DNA from: Podarcis vaucheri
Lineage: Eukaryota
Length of the DNA: 64,000 nt
Strand: one strand, 5' to 3'
Assembly (NCBI GenBank): GCA_965113315.1
Contig: OZ220364.1
The position numbers and the translations under genes were made by a program. Every line of letters starts with the position of its first letter. Positions within the stretch are counted from its first letter, which is position 1. Of this stretch, positions 1 to 11,398 are shown in pieces. Under the pieces are notes generated by a model. That model saw nothing but the letters and a program-made list of their open reading frames with translations, was not told the origin of the DNA and made no database searches.

Positions 1-233
1 TGGTTAAGAGCGGTAGTCTCGTAATCTGGGTAACCGGGTTCGTGTCTCCGCTCCTCCACATGCAGCTGCTGGGTGACCTTGGGCCAGTCACACTTCTGTG
101 AAGTCTCTCAGCCCCACTCACCTCACAGAGTGTTTGTTGTGGGGGAGGAAGGGAAAGGAGAATGTTAGCCGCTTTGAGACTCCTTAAAGGGAGTGAAAGG
201 CGGGATATCAAATCCAAACTCTTCTTCTTCTTC
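1..233 (+). mobile_element. tRNA/CORE-derived SINE, Squam3-like, with (CTT)n tail; 5' end cut by window edge
   Basis: A-box remnant TGGTTAAGAGC, B-box-like GGGTTCG, CORE-like tgggtgaccttgggccagtcac, tail ctcttcttcttcttc. Confidence 0.8.
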
Positions 234-712
234 AAATTCACCCAGCTGGCAGTTTTGAGATTTGTTTCATTCTATTAGGTGGAGAAGGGAAGAGGACGTC
301 TTTTCATTCCATATGCTTATTGTGACCTTCGTCAGCATTTATGCGTTAAGACCACTAGTGGATTTCACACACTAGATTTGTAGCCACCTATTCAGATTAT
401 CAGGGATCTCAAATAGTAGGAAAGTTAAGCCACACCAGGTGCCACTCTTTGCTGTGGAATGGTTGACTGTCATCTACTTTTTATATGATTTACCCCCACT
501 TCTCCCTTTATGGTGAGCATAGATACTTCCAGAGTTAGCTAGCTAGCTGTACCTGTGCCAAAACAATTGTGTTCTAAGATTTTATGGTTGACAAGGAAAT
601 AGCCTTCATAGCAGGTCTTTCGCTGTATTACTTTTTCTTAGCCCTGTGAAGAAAAGCACCTAACTTCCTTTTCCTGCTTTCCCCCCTCTTTCATCTTGTG
701 TATGCCCTGCAG

Positions 713-801
713 GTACCCAAATTGATGAAGGTGTTCGTGCAGCAAGCAAGCGCATTGTAGCACCTCCAGGAGGCCGCTCCAATATAACATCTCTGAGTTA
801 A
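713..801 (+). CDS. DPYSL3: DPYSL3 (CRMP4) final coding exon
   Basis: Polypyrimidine tract and AG at 711-712, then (G)TQIDEGVRAASKRIVAPPGGRSNITSLS* with TAA at 799-801. This matches the CRMP4 C-terminus. Tail-to-tail arrangement with STK32A matches known vertebrate synteny. Confidence 0.95.
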
Positions 802-1480
802 GCACCCAGTACTCAGGGAGGGGAGAAGGGGGGGAAGGGAAGGGGGAAACTGTTATTTGAGAAAACTAAGCAATGGTACCTTGATATTTAAGAAGGAAAG
901 AGCAACCTGAAGAAGCGTTCAGATTTTGAAGAATCAATAAGCCTCAAGCCTTATGTTTCATAAATGCTACTCGCTACCTAGCTTTAAAAAATATTGCGGG
1001 TTTTCTTTTCTGTTTATTCATAGCCTTAATATCCCCCCTTTTTTTTTACATGCATGCAAATCTGACAGGTGACTAAGTTAAGAGTATGTAATTGTACATG
1101 GTGAGTGCTTGTGTGATAACACATTGTAAGAAGGGGGTTGGATTAAAGATGGGAAACTAATGACATGAGCTGTTTATTTAGCCAGTTTACTTGGGCAGAA
1201 TCAACCAAGGAGTTTTAGTGTTGGGGAAGGGTGGGGGCAGAAGGTGGTGGGGCAGGGTAGTGGGAGGTGGACGGGGGGCAGACCAAGTAGATCTGTGTAT
1301 TGTGTCCATGTTCTTCTGTTTCCGCTAAATTCAGACAAGACATAGTTGCCTCAGAGCACTACATGAGGCCATTGGAAAATTCAGCCATCTTTGTAATGGT
1401 TCTGTTGTATCACCTTCCTGTTAGAGATTTTATTACTTTGTACATTTTATTGAATAAAAAATGGAAAGGCATGGTTTCCC
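802..1480 (+). other. DPYSL3: DPYSL3 proximal 3' UTR with candidate polyA signal AATAAA at 1453-1458 (true UTR may be longer)
   Basis: Follows the stop codon; AATAAA at 1453-1458 in an AT-rich context. The end coordinate is an inference. Confidence 0.5.
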
Positions 1481-1789
1481 CCCCACCCTCCTTGGCTTGT
1501 CGAGGCAAAGTAACAGTTTCTTCCTCCCTCACAATTAATTTCAAGTTCTTGGGGTGGGGGTAGGGGAAAGGTATGCTCAGTTTGTACAGGACTGAACTTC
1601 TTGCCAAATCCTCCTTCTTTCATATCACACAAACTGGTTAGTGAACTGGAAGTTGTAGCATCTCCTCTCATGAGGGCTGTGACTGATTTCCATTCTGCTC
1701 TGTAATCATTAAGGGCTTTTTGAATCTCTGGCTCTGTTGATTGATTGGATTTATATACTGCCCTTCATCTGTAGATCTCAGAGTGGTTC

Positions 1790-2020
1790 ACGGCATAAAA
1801 ATACAAGATAAAAACACAAAATACATAATAAAAGCAAAACAAACCAATAACCCCCAACCCCCTCCCACAAACACATTTAAAGGGATTTAGGATGTTAGTC
1901 AGCCAAAGGCCTGGTTGAAGTGGAATGTTTTCTCCTGGCACCCAAAGGTGTATAATGAAGGCGCCAGCGAAACCTCCCTGGGGAGAGCCACCACAGAAGA
2001 GGCCCGTTGCCACCCTCCAG
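1790..2020 (-). mobile_element. Degenerate L2-type LINE 3' end fragment
   Basis: Minus strand gives ...LPREVSLAPSLYTFGCQEKTFHFNQAF-like text resembling an L2 ORF2 C-terminus, followed by a T-rich tail. Confidence 0.5.
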
Positions 2021-2161
2021 GTTGGTGTTAGTGGCATGCCTGCATGACCACTTTGAAGATAGGCGAAGCTCTTCTCAGTGTTCCTCACATTCTTCAGTGC
2101 CGTTTGGTACCATGGGTTGGCAACAGGGATCTGCATGGGCTCTGCATTCCACACACTGGTA

Positions 2162-2387
2162 CAGTGGTACCTCGGGTTACATACGCTTCAGGTTACAGAC
2201 TCCGCTAACCCAGAAATAGTGCTTCAGGTTAAGAACTTTGCTTCAGGATGAGAACAGAAATTGTGCTCCAGCGGCGTGGCAGCAGCAGGAGACCCCATTA
2301 GCTAAAGAGGTGCTTCCGGTTAAGAACAGTTTCAGGTTAAGTACGGACCTCCGGAACGAATTAAGTACTTAACCCGAGGTACCACTG
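2162..2387. mobile_element. Tc1/mariner (Tigger/pogo-like) MITE
   Basis: TIRs CAGTGGTACCTCGGGTTA / TAACCCGAGGTACCACTG; TA on both sides (2160-2161, 2388-2389). Confidence 0.9.
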
Positions 2388-3919
2388 TAGTTGCCCATGA
2401 AAAAGTGTATTTATAAAGCATCTACTTAATTTGCTTTCAGTTCAGTACACAAGCACCAAACAGACCATAGAATATTGCTGATTTTATCCGTATTTACACC
2501 AAAATACCTTTTCACTTTCTCTATTAAAAAGTGCTTTGTCAAACATTAATATGTGTCAGGTAGATTTCAGTCAGGTATAAACAAACAGCATCTATGCCAG
2601 AGAAGTGGCCGCAAGCTTCCTTCAGTTTCAGCTGCAATAATCATGAACATTAAGTTATGTCAGATAAAACCAGCTGAGACCCTGTCTTTCCACAACAGTT
2701 GATAATATAGCCTGCGCAAGAAACAAGAAATGTGCTTGTAAATTAAAGGAGGCCCAACACAATAGGTTTACCTGTCGGCTTTTGGACTGCCCTTACCTGG
2801 CAGATTAGAAAGTGACAAGGAGCAGTTTTGTGATTTAAACAGATAAAATTCACACAAAGTTAGCTAGTAGGCTTAAAATGTGGAAGCTGCCTTGTTTTAG
2901 GAGAACTAAACACACTTGGTGAAATTCCACTTGCCCTATTAACATTTAGTCCGTCAGCACAAACATCTCAGCTTGCCAGATAGAATAATCTCACCTATCC
3001 TTCCTCCTTGCAGTTCCACAAATGAACTATGATGATAAAAACGTCCTTTGCAAAGAGCAAGACAATAATGTGGGTTTTGAGTCTCTTAGTCATGGCCTTG
3101 TTCCACATGATTTAAATGGATAATTTTGTTGCCTGACATTGGGCATGGTGAAGATGGAACATAAGAGTGTTTTTAAGGTAAAGCACTGTAGCTAGTATAA
3201 CAACATTGGAAGAGGCCTCTGTCATCTATGTGCCCAGTCTGCTTGGTTTGCTTCTCTGGTTCTTGGAGGAAATGCATGAGCATTATTGTATCCTGCTGTC
3301 TTAACTCCAATCTTTGCCAGGTTCATGCTTAAGAATATCCTTCACAGCAGGCTGCATGTTCAAATAACATCCTATTTAATAGCTGTTAAATTAATATAAG
3401 CTAGAAAAAACTTTTCTAACCAAAGGTATAATATGGGCCCTTTGTAAATATGCCAAATGACTCTAAGGTAAACTTGACCTCACATTGCCTAAGGTGCACA
3501 AATATGTATATGTTGTCAGTCACATTTCTATTTCGCCATCTCTTTGGTATGCTGGAGTAACCTTTCCTTATGTGCCTCTAAATATAATACAGAATCTGTC
3601 ACCATTTTTTCTTGGTTGGCAAGCTGACTTCACCAGTGACATCTGTGGTCTGCTGGCACATACTTTGCCTGCAAAACATCCCACATTATATCCCTGGTAT
3701 CTCCAGGTAGGACTAGAAAATATCTATCCAGAACAGGGGAGCTACTGTCTGTCAATGTGGAGACAATATTGAGCCAGATGAACCAATAGTCTCAATAAAA
3801 GACAGCTTACAGTGTTCCTACAATAGTTGCATTATTCCCAAGTTGCCACAAGATGGGGCCAAACTACAAAAAAGGGAACACATACTGTTGAGCTGTGGTT
3901 TGTACTTGCTTGATCTCAG

Positions 3920-4092
3920 TTACAGATAGGTAGCCGTGTTGGTCTGCCATAGTCAAAATAAAAAAATTCCTTCCAGTAGCACCTTAAAGACCAACTAAGT
4001 TAGTTCTTGGTATGAGCTTTCGTGTGCATGCACACTTCTTCACTAACTTAGTTGGTCTTTAAGGTGCTACTGGAAGGAATTTTTTTATTTTG
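3920..4092 (-). mobile_element. Penelope-like element terminus with inverted duplication and clipped hammerhead core
   Basis: Flanking direct repeat TTGCTTGATCTCAG (3906-3919, 4090-4103); perfect 51-bp inverted arms 3954-4004 / 4042-4092; minus-strand loop reads UGAAGA-AGUGUGCAUGCACAC-GAAA. Confidence 0.75.
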
Positions 4093-7000
4093 CTTGATCT
4101 CAGAAATCGGATTGTGTGTTTTAAGAGGAAGAAATGTGATGAGAGATGGGAGTCAGTTTCTGCAACACGGACATGAGCACACTCCTTTCTGTGTCCACAA
4201 TGGGACTTTTCACAAGTGGAAAACTACATGCTGGCAGCCACCTCATGCTCATACAATGTAGGTTTTGTACACATTTTGATTCTGCAGGCTGCTTTTTTAT
4301 ATTTCTTATTTAATATTTTCTAGAATTGAACTTGATTATATCCAAGCACCTGTCTTACAATTGGCAATTCTTACTAGCTTTAATGGAAGAGGGGTAAATA
4401 TATGCATTCTCACAGAAGCATTAATGTGCTTCCAAATGTGATTCATGGAAGACTTGTGAAATGACTGCTGTACATCTTCATTTGTGGCATCCCCCTAACA
4501 TCAAACCATCAGCATCACAGAGCATACCTTACTTACTGCAGTAAGTTACCTGTTCAAATGAGACTAACGCCACTTCTGGCCACATTCTACTGGGCTCTGT
4601 GGATGACAGCACAGACCTAATACACATCAGATGTGAACTGAACCTTCTGTAATTCACAAGAATAGATTCAGCTGATGAAAATTTCAGAAAATCAATGAGC
4701 TAGTCAAGGATGGCCATTCTTGCGCTTGTGACAAGTCAGCCTGACAGCAGGTGATCTATATGCAGGTGTGGATCAGTCCAGAAACTGACAAACAGCCTCT
4801 AATTCTTGTCAACAAAAGTTTTAACACAACATGGATATCTTGATTGCTGTTTGCAATTGTCAGTTAACAAACTTGATCACTTTTTAACATAACAGATTGG
4901 TTGAGACTTTTTCCTGCCTTTGCGATTTGAGGTAAGTTTTTGCAATCTGGGATAAAAAAGAGGATGTCATCAAGCTTTGAAAAATACATAAAACTGTTAT
5001 TAACTGGCGCTCACTGGAGCTCCAGCAGTGAAAATCAATCAGATGTGTGATCTCTCCAACACATCAATGTCACCTTAAGTACTTGGAATTGGAAGGTTAG
5101 GAACATTCTATTCCTTTCTGAGAGTTGTTTTACAACTACGTAAAAGAATAGAAAAAAAACCTGAAAGATCACATTTGTGAGAATTTTATCTAAGCTTCAA
5201 ATAAAATGAAAAGTGGCCAGAAAAGGGGGGGGGGTGAAAGAGAGCTCAGATTCCCACAGAAGCTCCCCTACAGAGTCTCTCTACTATGATACTTTCACAT
5301 ACAACCAGACACCTGTTGAGTATATTACAAATGTTGGGGACAGTCTAGCAGGATGTTCTTTGCAAACTGCAGTTTAAAGATATGGGGCTGTTCAAGAGCA
5401 TGGATTGTATATATAGTTGGTTTAGAAAGGTGCCAGGCAAACAATCTAGGGCCTTTTAGTCAGGGTTAGTGTTTTCATGTGTTACTATGTTCTGTATTTT
5501 TATATGGTAAACTGCCCTGTGAATGTCACATGAAGGGTGGTATAGAGATTTTATAAATAAAAATAAGTAGACTATAATGTGGCAATTACAATGTAAATTA
5601 ACTTCATTTTAAAAATGAAGTTCTATTGCCAAAAGTTCCAACTCACAGTTTATTGAGCAACATTTAATTCTGCCACTGTCCAAGGTGCTGTGTAGAACAT
5701 AGGGCAGGGACCCTGCTGTCTGATGACAACCCTCATTAAATTAAGAAGAGAGCAAGCAGGAGTTGGCCATGGAAGGGAATGCAGGAGAGGAGAATGACTA
5801 GTGCTAAGATGGTTTGGCAGAGAGTTGGGTCTCACCTTTATATACAACTAAGCAGGTTTGCTGCTATTCACATTCTGGCTTGCCTTATAGGAAGATCCAT
5901 GGCTATATGACATCCCCTCTTGGTCATCCCTTATCCCCTTAGCTACCTCATCAAAACAGACTCCGCAAACCTACAAATTTATTGAATGGGACAAGTCTCT
6001 CTTATCTATCCAACAGACTTTTTAAACATGAACATTTAATAAATCAACACAAGGTTTTTTTTAAAAAAAATAAATGCAAGGGTAAAAAAGAGTCATTGCA
6101 GTGTTAAGAGTCTTATAGAAAGTTTAATAGACCATGTTTATAAAATGGAAGAGAAGAAAAGTGCCAGAAATACCACTTGTGTATTTTCATTAAACCTGAC
6201 ATAATTACTAACCTGTTAACATTGATAATGAGCAAGCTGTCTTCGCAGCCCATTTCTATGCAAGACAAAAGGATGAAGCCTAAAACCCAATTGCTTACAA
6301 TTGTTAGATATGTGACTATAACCAGATTTAATGCCTCCTATTTATCGCTGCGCAGAAAGCTATCCAGGGCAGACAGTGCCTAGGCGGCCATTTTACTGTG
6401 GCATGTTGAACAACTGTTTACCAGTTAAACTTTTCACGGGAAGGTTATTGCTTGAAAGTGACAAGAGATCAAAACTGCACCGAGCAAGGGTGGCCTACAC
6501 AGTGCTCTTCAGATGCTGCTGGGCACAAACTCCCATAATCTCTGACCATTGGTCAGGCTGGCTGGGGCTGGTCAAACAACATCTGAAGGGGACCATGTTG
6601 ACTACCTCTGGAATGCAAAAAAACCAATTATTGCTGCTGCTTGGCCCTAAATTGGTAGTTCTGAGATAGCCAGCAGCTCATGTCCTCTTCAATCCAAAGT
6701 GCTGTCTTTTAGCGTTTTAAAATAGTGCAATACCTCACAAGTTGTGGCATACTCCGGGATTCAAATTAGACATAAGGCACTCCTGCCCACAAAAGTTTTA
6801 TTCTGCCACAAACACAGTTGTCAGCTACTGATTCTGTTGCTGCAAAACACATTTACCAACAGAGCATCAAATAGGATAGTATGTTTAACGCATTGTTGCA
6901 TCTCACTATCTTTAATTCAAGAAAACAACCACCCTGGAGGAAGGGAGTTTTAACCCTCTCGCCTAGTGCAGTTTTTCTGAATGAGAGGCTACAGCATAAA

Positions 7001-8762
7001 TAGCAACTTCAGGGGAAAGTTTTTGGGAAAATGGGACAGGGTTGAGTTCCACAGTTCCACTCAAGATGTGTGTGGGTGTTGATGGGGAAGTATACCTGCA
7101 GAAATATGCTTATGCATTTACTGTTTGACCCTAAGCCCACAGTTTGATATTCAAAATAATAATAATAATAATAAAATAAAAAATGGTGTCTTGCCCCATA
7201 ACTCACAAACCTGCTTTACAAGTGGGTGTTTCACAGATTATCATTGAGTTTTTTGGGCACCGATTGGGTAGTGCCAATGACATCACTAGTAATATCAGTC
7301 TTTTGAGGCTGTCTGTTCTACATTGTACAAATCAGGCCTAGTAGCTCACATTCAGCCTTAAAAAAGCAACACATCTCGACAAGGCTATTCCCTGGTGCTG
7401 CAACAATCCCAATTTACTTCTAGGCTTTACATGCAGCTGAGATCTCAAGCCAATGGGATTGGCGTACAGATTGTCCTAGCACAGCAGTAAGACTTAAATT
7501 CAATATAGTGTGAATAGTGGAAGTTGGACCAAAGCTGTGTTAAAGGGCTTTGTGGATTTTCCTTGATACTATACAGTGACATGGGCTCCTCCCAGTTGAG
7601 AAGCAATGCCATGACCATTCAGCCTGGTGCAGCAGGCCAGGCAGAATGATGGCAGGGAGAGCTGGAGCCTGGGAGCCCCCAGTTAATCATCTCAGCTGTA
7701 CAGCCCAGGCAGAGAGCACAGTAAGGCTATAGTCTTAGAGCTTATTCAGAATGTTGGCATCTATTATGCTTAATGCACCATAGCCAAAGGAAGGGTAGTT
7801 TGTGATCACCTTTTGTGCTGGGTAATGATGAGCTTGGGTATCTAATGATTAACTTTATACAATTGCATTCATGCCAGGTCTACAGAAGAGAAATTGATAA
7901 AAGCAATACCTCACAAGTTGCGTCTCCAACGCAGGATGAGTGTCACTACAAAGACACTGCTTCTTATTGAATGCAATGATCTCAACAGGCACACAAGGCA
8001 ATGCTCTGATCCCAACTACTTTGGAACCCGCTTCGACTCTGGTTCTGGGAAAATTTCATACCACATATATTTCATTTTGGAAAGATTTTGGTCCCAAGAG
8101 AGCTACTGGCCTTTCACCTTTAAAAGCAGCGGAGAGCTGGGTCACAGCCAGCTACTACCTGGGGCGGTTTTCTTTGGCAGAAAGAAGCCAAAGTGTTTTG
8201 TTGAAAAATAAATTGCGGGTTGTTATTATTATTATTTTTGCAGGAAGTACACATAAAAAGGATGTAGCTAGAGGGCCTTAGAGAACATTTTATCGATTTC
8301 AACATCCAAGGCAGCAATTTTAGCTTAAGCTGCCTGAAGAAATAGATGGGCTTAAGCAGCCCGTCTTTCTTTGTGCATGCAGATAAACTACTTATTCCAG
8401 ATGATTGGTCCCCTCCCCACAAGGCAGTGGCTTTCCTTGAGTGCAAGAGAAACCAGATATTAATAGAAAGCAGCTTCTCATATGTGAAAGCAGCCCAGTG
8501 AGCCTATAAAGCGAAGACGGGATTGCTTGCTCAGTTAGCCAAATGTATGAAGTGTCTGTCTGCCTTGCTTCAATACAGTGATGAAAACCCAAGATGCTGG
8601 GCACAGTCTAGCCACAGTCTAGTTTAACTCTAATTTTGAAATAAATGGCATTGAAAAGTACTGAACTTACAGCTGGATTGTGTCTATTCCTTGCGGAGTT
8701 TCTTTTTCTTTGCTGCTTTTCTTTTAAAAACATTTTTGTACATGAGTGTGCACGAAAATGAA

Positions 8763-8781
8763 AGGCCACCAGGGGGCAGTT
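8763..8781 (+). promoter_or_regulatory. Candidate CTCF binding site
   Basis: AGGCCACCAGGGGGCAGTT matches the core consensus CCASYAGRKGGCRS. Confidence 0.6.
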
Positions 8782-10092
8782 GGCCGCAAGAGTGGTGGAA
8801 TAATCACTCGGCTCATTTTGACTCCCGGTTGCAAACTATGGGCTTGACTTTCACATCGGTGAGATCACTTGGCCAGCTGCGTTCCAGCGGAAACATGGAG
8901 AGAAGAGAACATGGCGAGACGATGGCTAAAGTCCTGAAGCAGGACAGAGCAAAAATCTAGTGAATTTTTGATACATATAATATTGGTTTTCCTTAAAGAA
9001 CTATTCTTAATATTGCCAAAAATGGAGGCTTATGTAATTGTTATGCTTTGTACGCTCGCTCCACCTCACTTGCTCATTCCCCTTTGGCAGCTCCTAGCAG
9101 ATCTGAGTGCATACAGTGTCAATTAGCAACCTAAGGCTACAAAGGTAATAGGCTTCATACAGTTAAGTGTGATGTGCTGTCATATTGTTTTTAGGGGGCA
9201 TCAACCTTTGCTGAATGACTATTCCTGATTATGCAGCCTTTATTTCATTTTTAAAAAACAAAAACAATGTTTTAAGTTCAGCCCCATCCCCCACAGTTAG
9301 AGTTGTCAGTTGTACTTGCTGGTGAGTTCTATCTAACCACATCCCCTTAGAGGATTTTAGCAACTTATATCTTTGTTTGTACCTACCTGCCAACAATTCA
9401 ATTTCTGATTCACATAGCAACTCTAAGATCACACACTCACCACATCCATTTGCCCTTGAACGCTACATATATAGTGCCAATAGTGTGTGGAGGGGGGAAT
9501 CCATGGCAAATAATAATTCTTTGTATATTTTGAGCTGGTGTACTAAATATAAGCTTTAGATCAGAGTAGATGCTGGTGCAGAAAAAGCTGGTGTTGACAT
9601 TGGACTCTCTTGTTGTCCATTTGCACAATTTTAGTTTCGGACCATCTCTTTGAAACATCTATTAAAATATGCAGCCACCCACCCAACAAACACTTAATAA
9701 AAACCTTATCACTTTCCTACAGGCAGTTGGCTGAGCCCAGTAATCAGCAAACCCTACATCCTGCCACAGAAAAGCTACATAAAGAAAATATGACCTTTCT
9801 TCATTCTTGTTCCCTTTGAGGGGAAAACACCACCTTCTTTCCTGCTTTTTTAAAACACCGGAAAAGGCATAAAATGAGAATTTGCGCCTTATGCACTGCT
9901 GCAAGAGACTAGGCCCTAACTCCTTATGGTGGAAGGAGACACTCAGCTTCTGGTTTGGAGAGCCCATAGTAAGGGAAGCTGTCTGCCTTGTCTTGATAGC
10001 AGTGTGCAGTTTGATTTGTTGAGCTCCATGAAGTAGGTAAAGTAGACGCCTGGACCTTGGACAGCAAGACCTCAGCAGAAGCTAAACTGATT

Positions 10093-10186
10093 TCAAAGAT
10101 TATTATTCTGGTCGTCTTCTTCCTGATTGTCTTTGGTTTGTGTCAGTGTCAAGTTCTCTTGCATTTCATTATGCTGTTTCCTCATC
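10093..10186 (-). CDS. STK32A: STK32A last coding exon: MRKQHNEMQENLTLTQTKDNQEEDDQNNNL*
   Basis: tttgtag|G ATG AGG ... AAT CTT TGA; 94 nt; STK32A-type C-terminus. Confidence 0.92.
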
Positions 10187-11333
10187 CTACAAAAACAAAA
10201 CAAAACGCACAAGAGAAATCAAAGTCCATAACAGAGATGCAGCAACCAGGGTCAATAGCCTTCTGCAACCAGAATGACCAGGTTGGGAAGTGGGAAACTG
10301 ATGCCTATCACTTCAGAACTGCTGAGACACATATGGAGCACTCTGCTATTTACATACTAATAGACTTAGTTGTCGACAGAAATGGTAGGGATGACACAAA
10401 ACACAATATAACCTGATATCAACAATCATGTTGTGCAATGATGGGGATCCAAGAAGATATGCCGGGTCTAAAGACCAAGTTATTTCTGCTAATATAAAAT
10501 TTACCCTGTTGTTGCTCAAGCCAAGGAGCTGTGTGAGGAGGTAGGATGTGGGCCTCTTTAAATGCTCAAAGAGCGAACCCAAGTGAAGCCTGGTGGTTAG
10601 CTGGTCCTGCCCCTCAGTGAGTGCCCACCCCTTTGCACACATGCCATCGGCTAATTGGGCAGGAGGCTTGTACCCAACTTTCTTGGCCAGTGAGGAGGCC
10701 AGGATGGCATCAGGGGAAGTGGTGGCCAGCTTGCAATCCTGTGGCACCTTTAATAGATAAAATCTGCTGAGTTCGCTTTTGTTAAATTACCTAAATATCT
10801 AATTATTTCTGCTAATATAACATTCATCCAGTTACTGCTCGAGCCAAGAGCTTGTTCTTTGTCATTTATTTTAATTATTAGTTTATTTGAAATATGTATC
10901 CCCTGCCTTTCCTTTTTAAATGTCAAGGCAGCAAGCGACAAAATCAAAACATAATTCAACTATTTAAGATGTCAGTCACAAATTCATTTCTCAAAACTAT
11001 GCATTGTTCCCTAGAGAGGTGCAGACGAGAACAGAAGAGAGCTATAAACCCACCACAGTCACCATATACTTAATCACATGAATTTAGTAGGACTGCCTAC
11101 TTCAGGGAAATGGGCTGGCATTGGCTTTTAAAATAATTTGTTCTAGTGGCAGTCCAACGAAAGAGCCTGTGAACATTACCTAACCTCCCAAAGCCTTTCA
11201 ATAGATTTCATGCCAAACTCACTGCTTAATTATTGGAGGAATACTGATCAGACTTCCTTATATCTAAATAGTCTTAGTGACATGCAGTAGCACACTTGCC
11301 AAGATAAAGTCTACTTTTCAGCTCAATACTTAC

Positions 11334-11398
11334 TTCTCCCTGTTGAAAATGATGAAGTCCCTTTGGATTGACTCCAGGTGTTTCTGAAGCTGGCAGGT
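11334..11398 (-). CDS. STK32A: STK32A exon 12: TCQLQKHLESIQRDFIIFNREK
   Basis: atggaag|ACC TGC ... GAG AA|gtaagt; 65 nt; FIIFNREK motif. Confidence 0.92.

Noticed and set aside
2020-2160. Minus-strand YQCVEC text resembling a zinc finger, or an RTE remnant
   Set aside because: No His ligands at the proper spacing, stops in frame, and similarity too weak to assign.
3843-3860. Weaker CTCF-like motifs (3843-3860, ~17374-17390, ~27125-27142)
   Set aside because: Each has a mismatch or deletion in the high-information core.
4671-4700. CTGATGA...GAAA as a hammerhead core
   Set aside because: No convincing stem II or flanking stems I and III.
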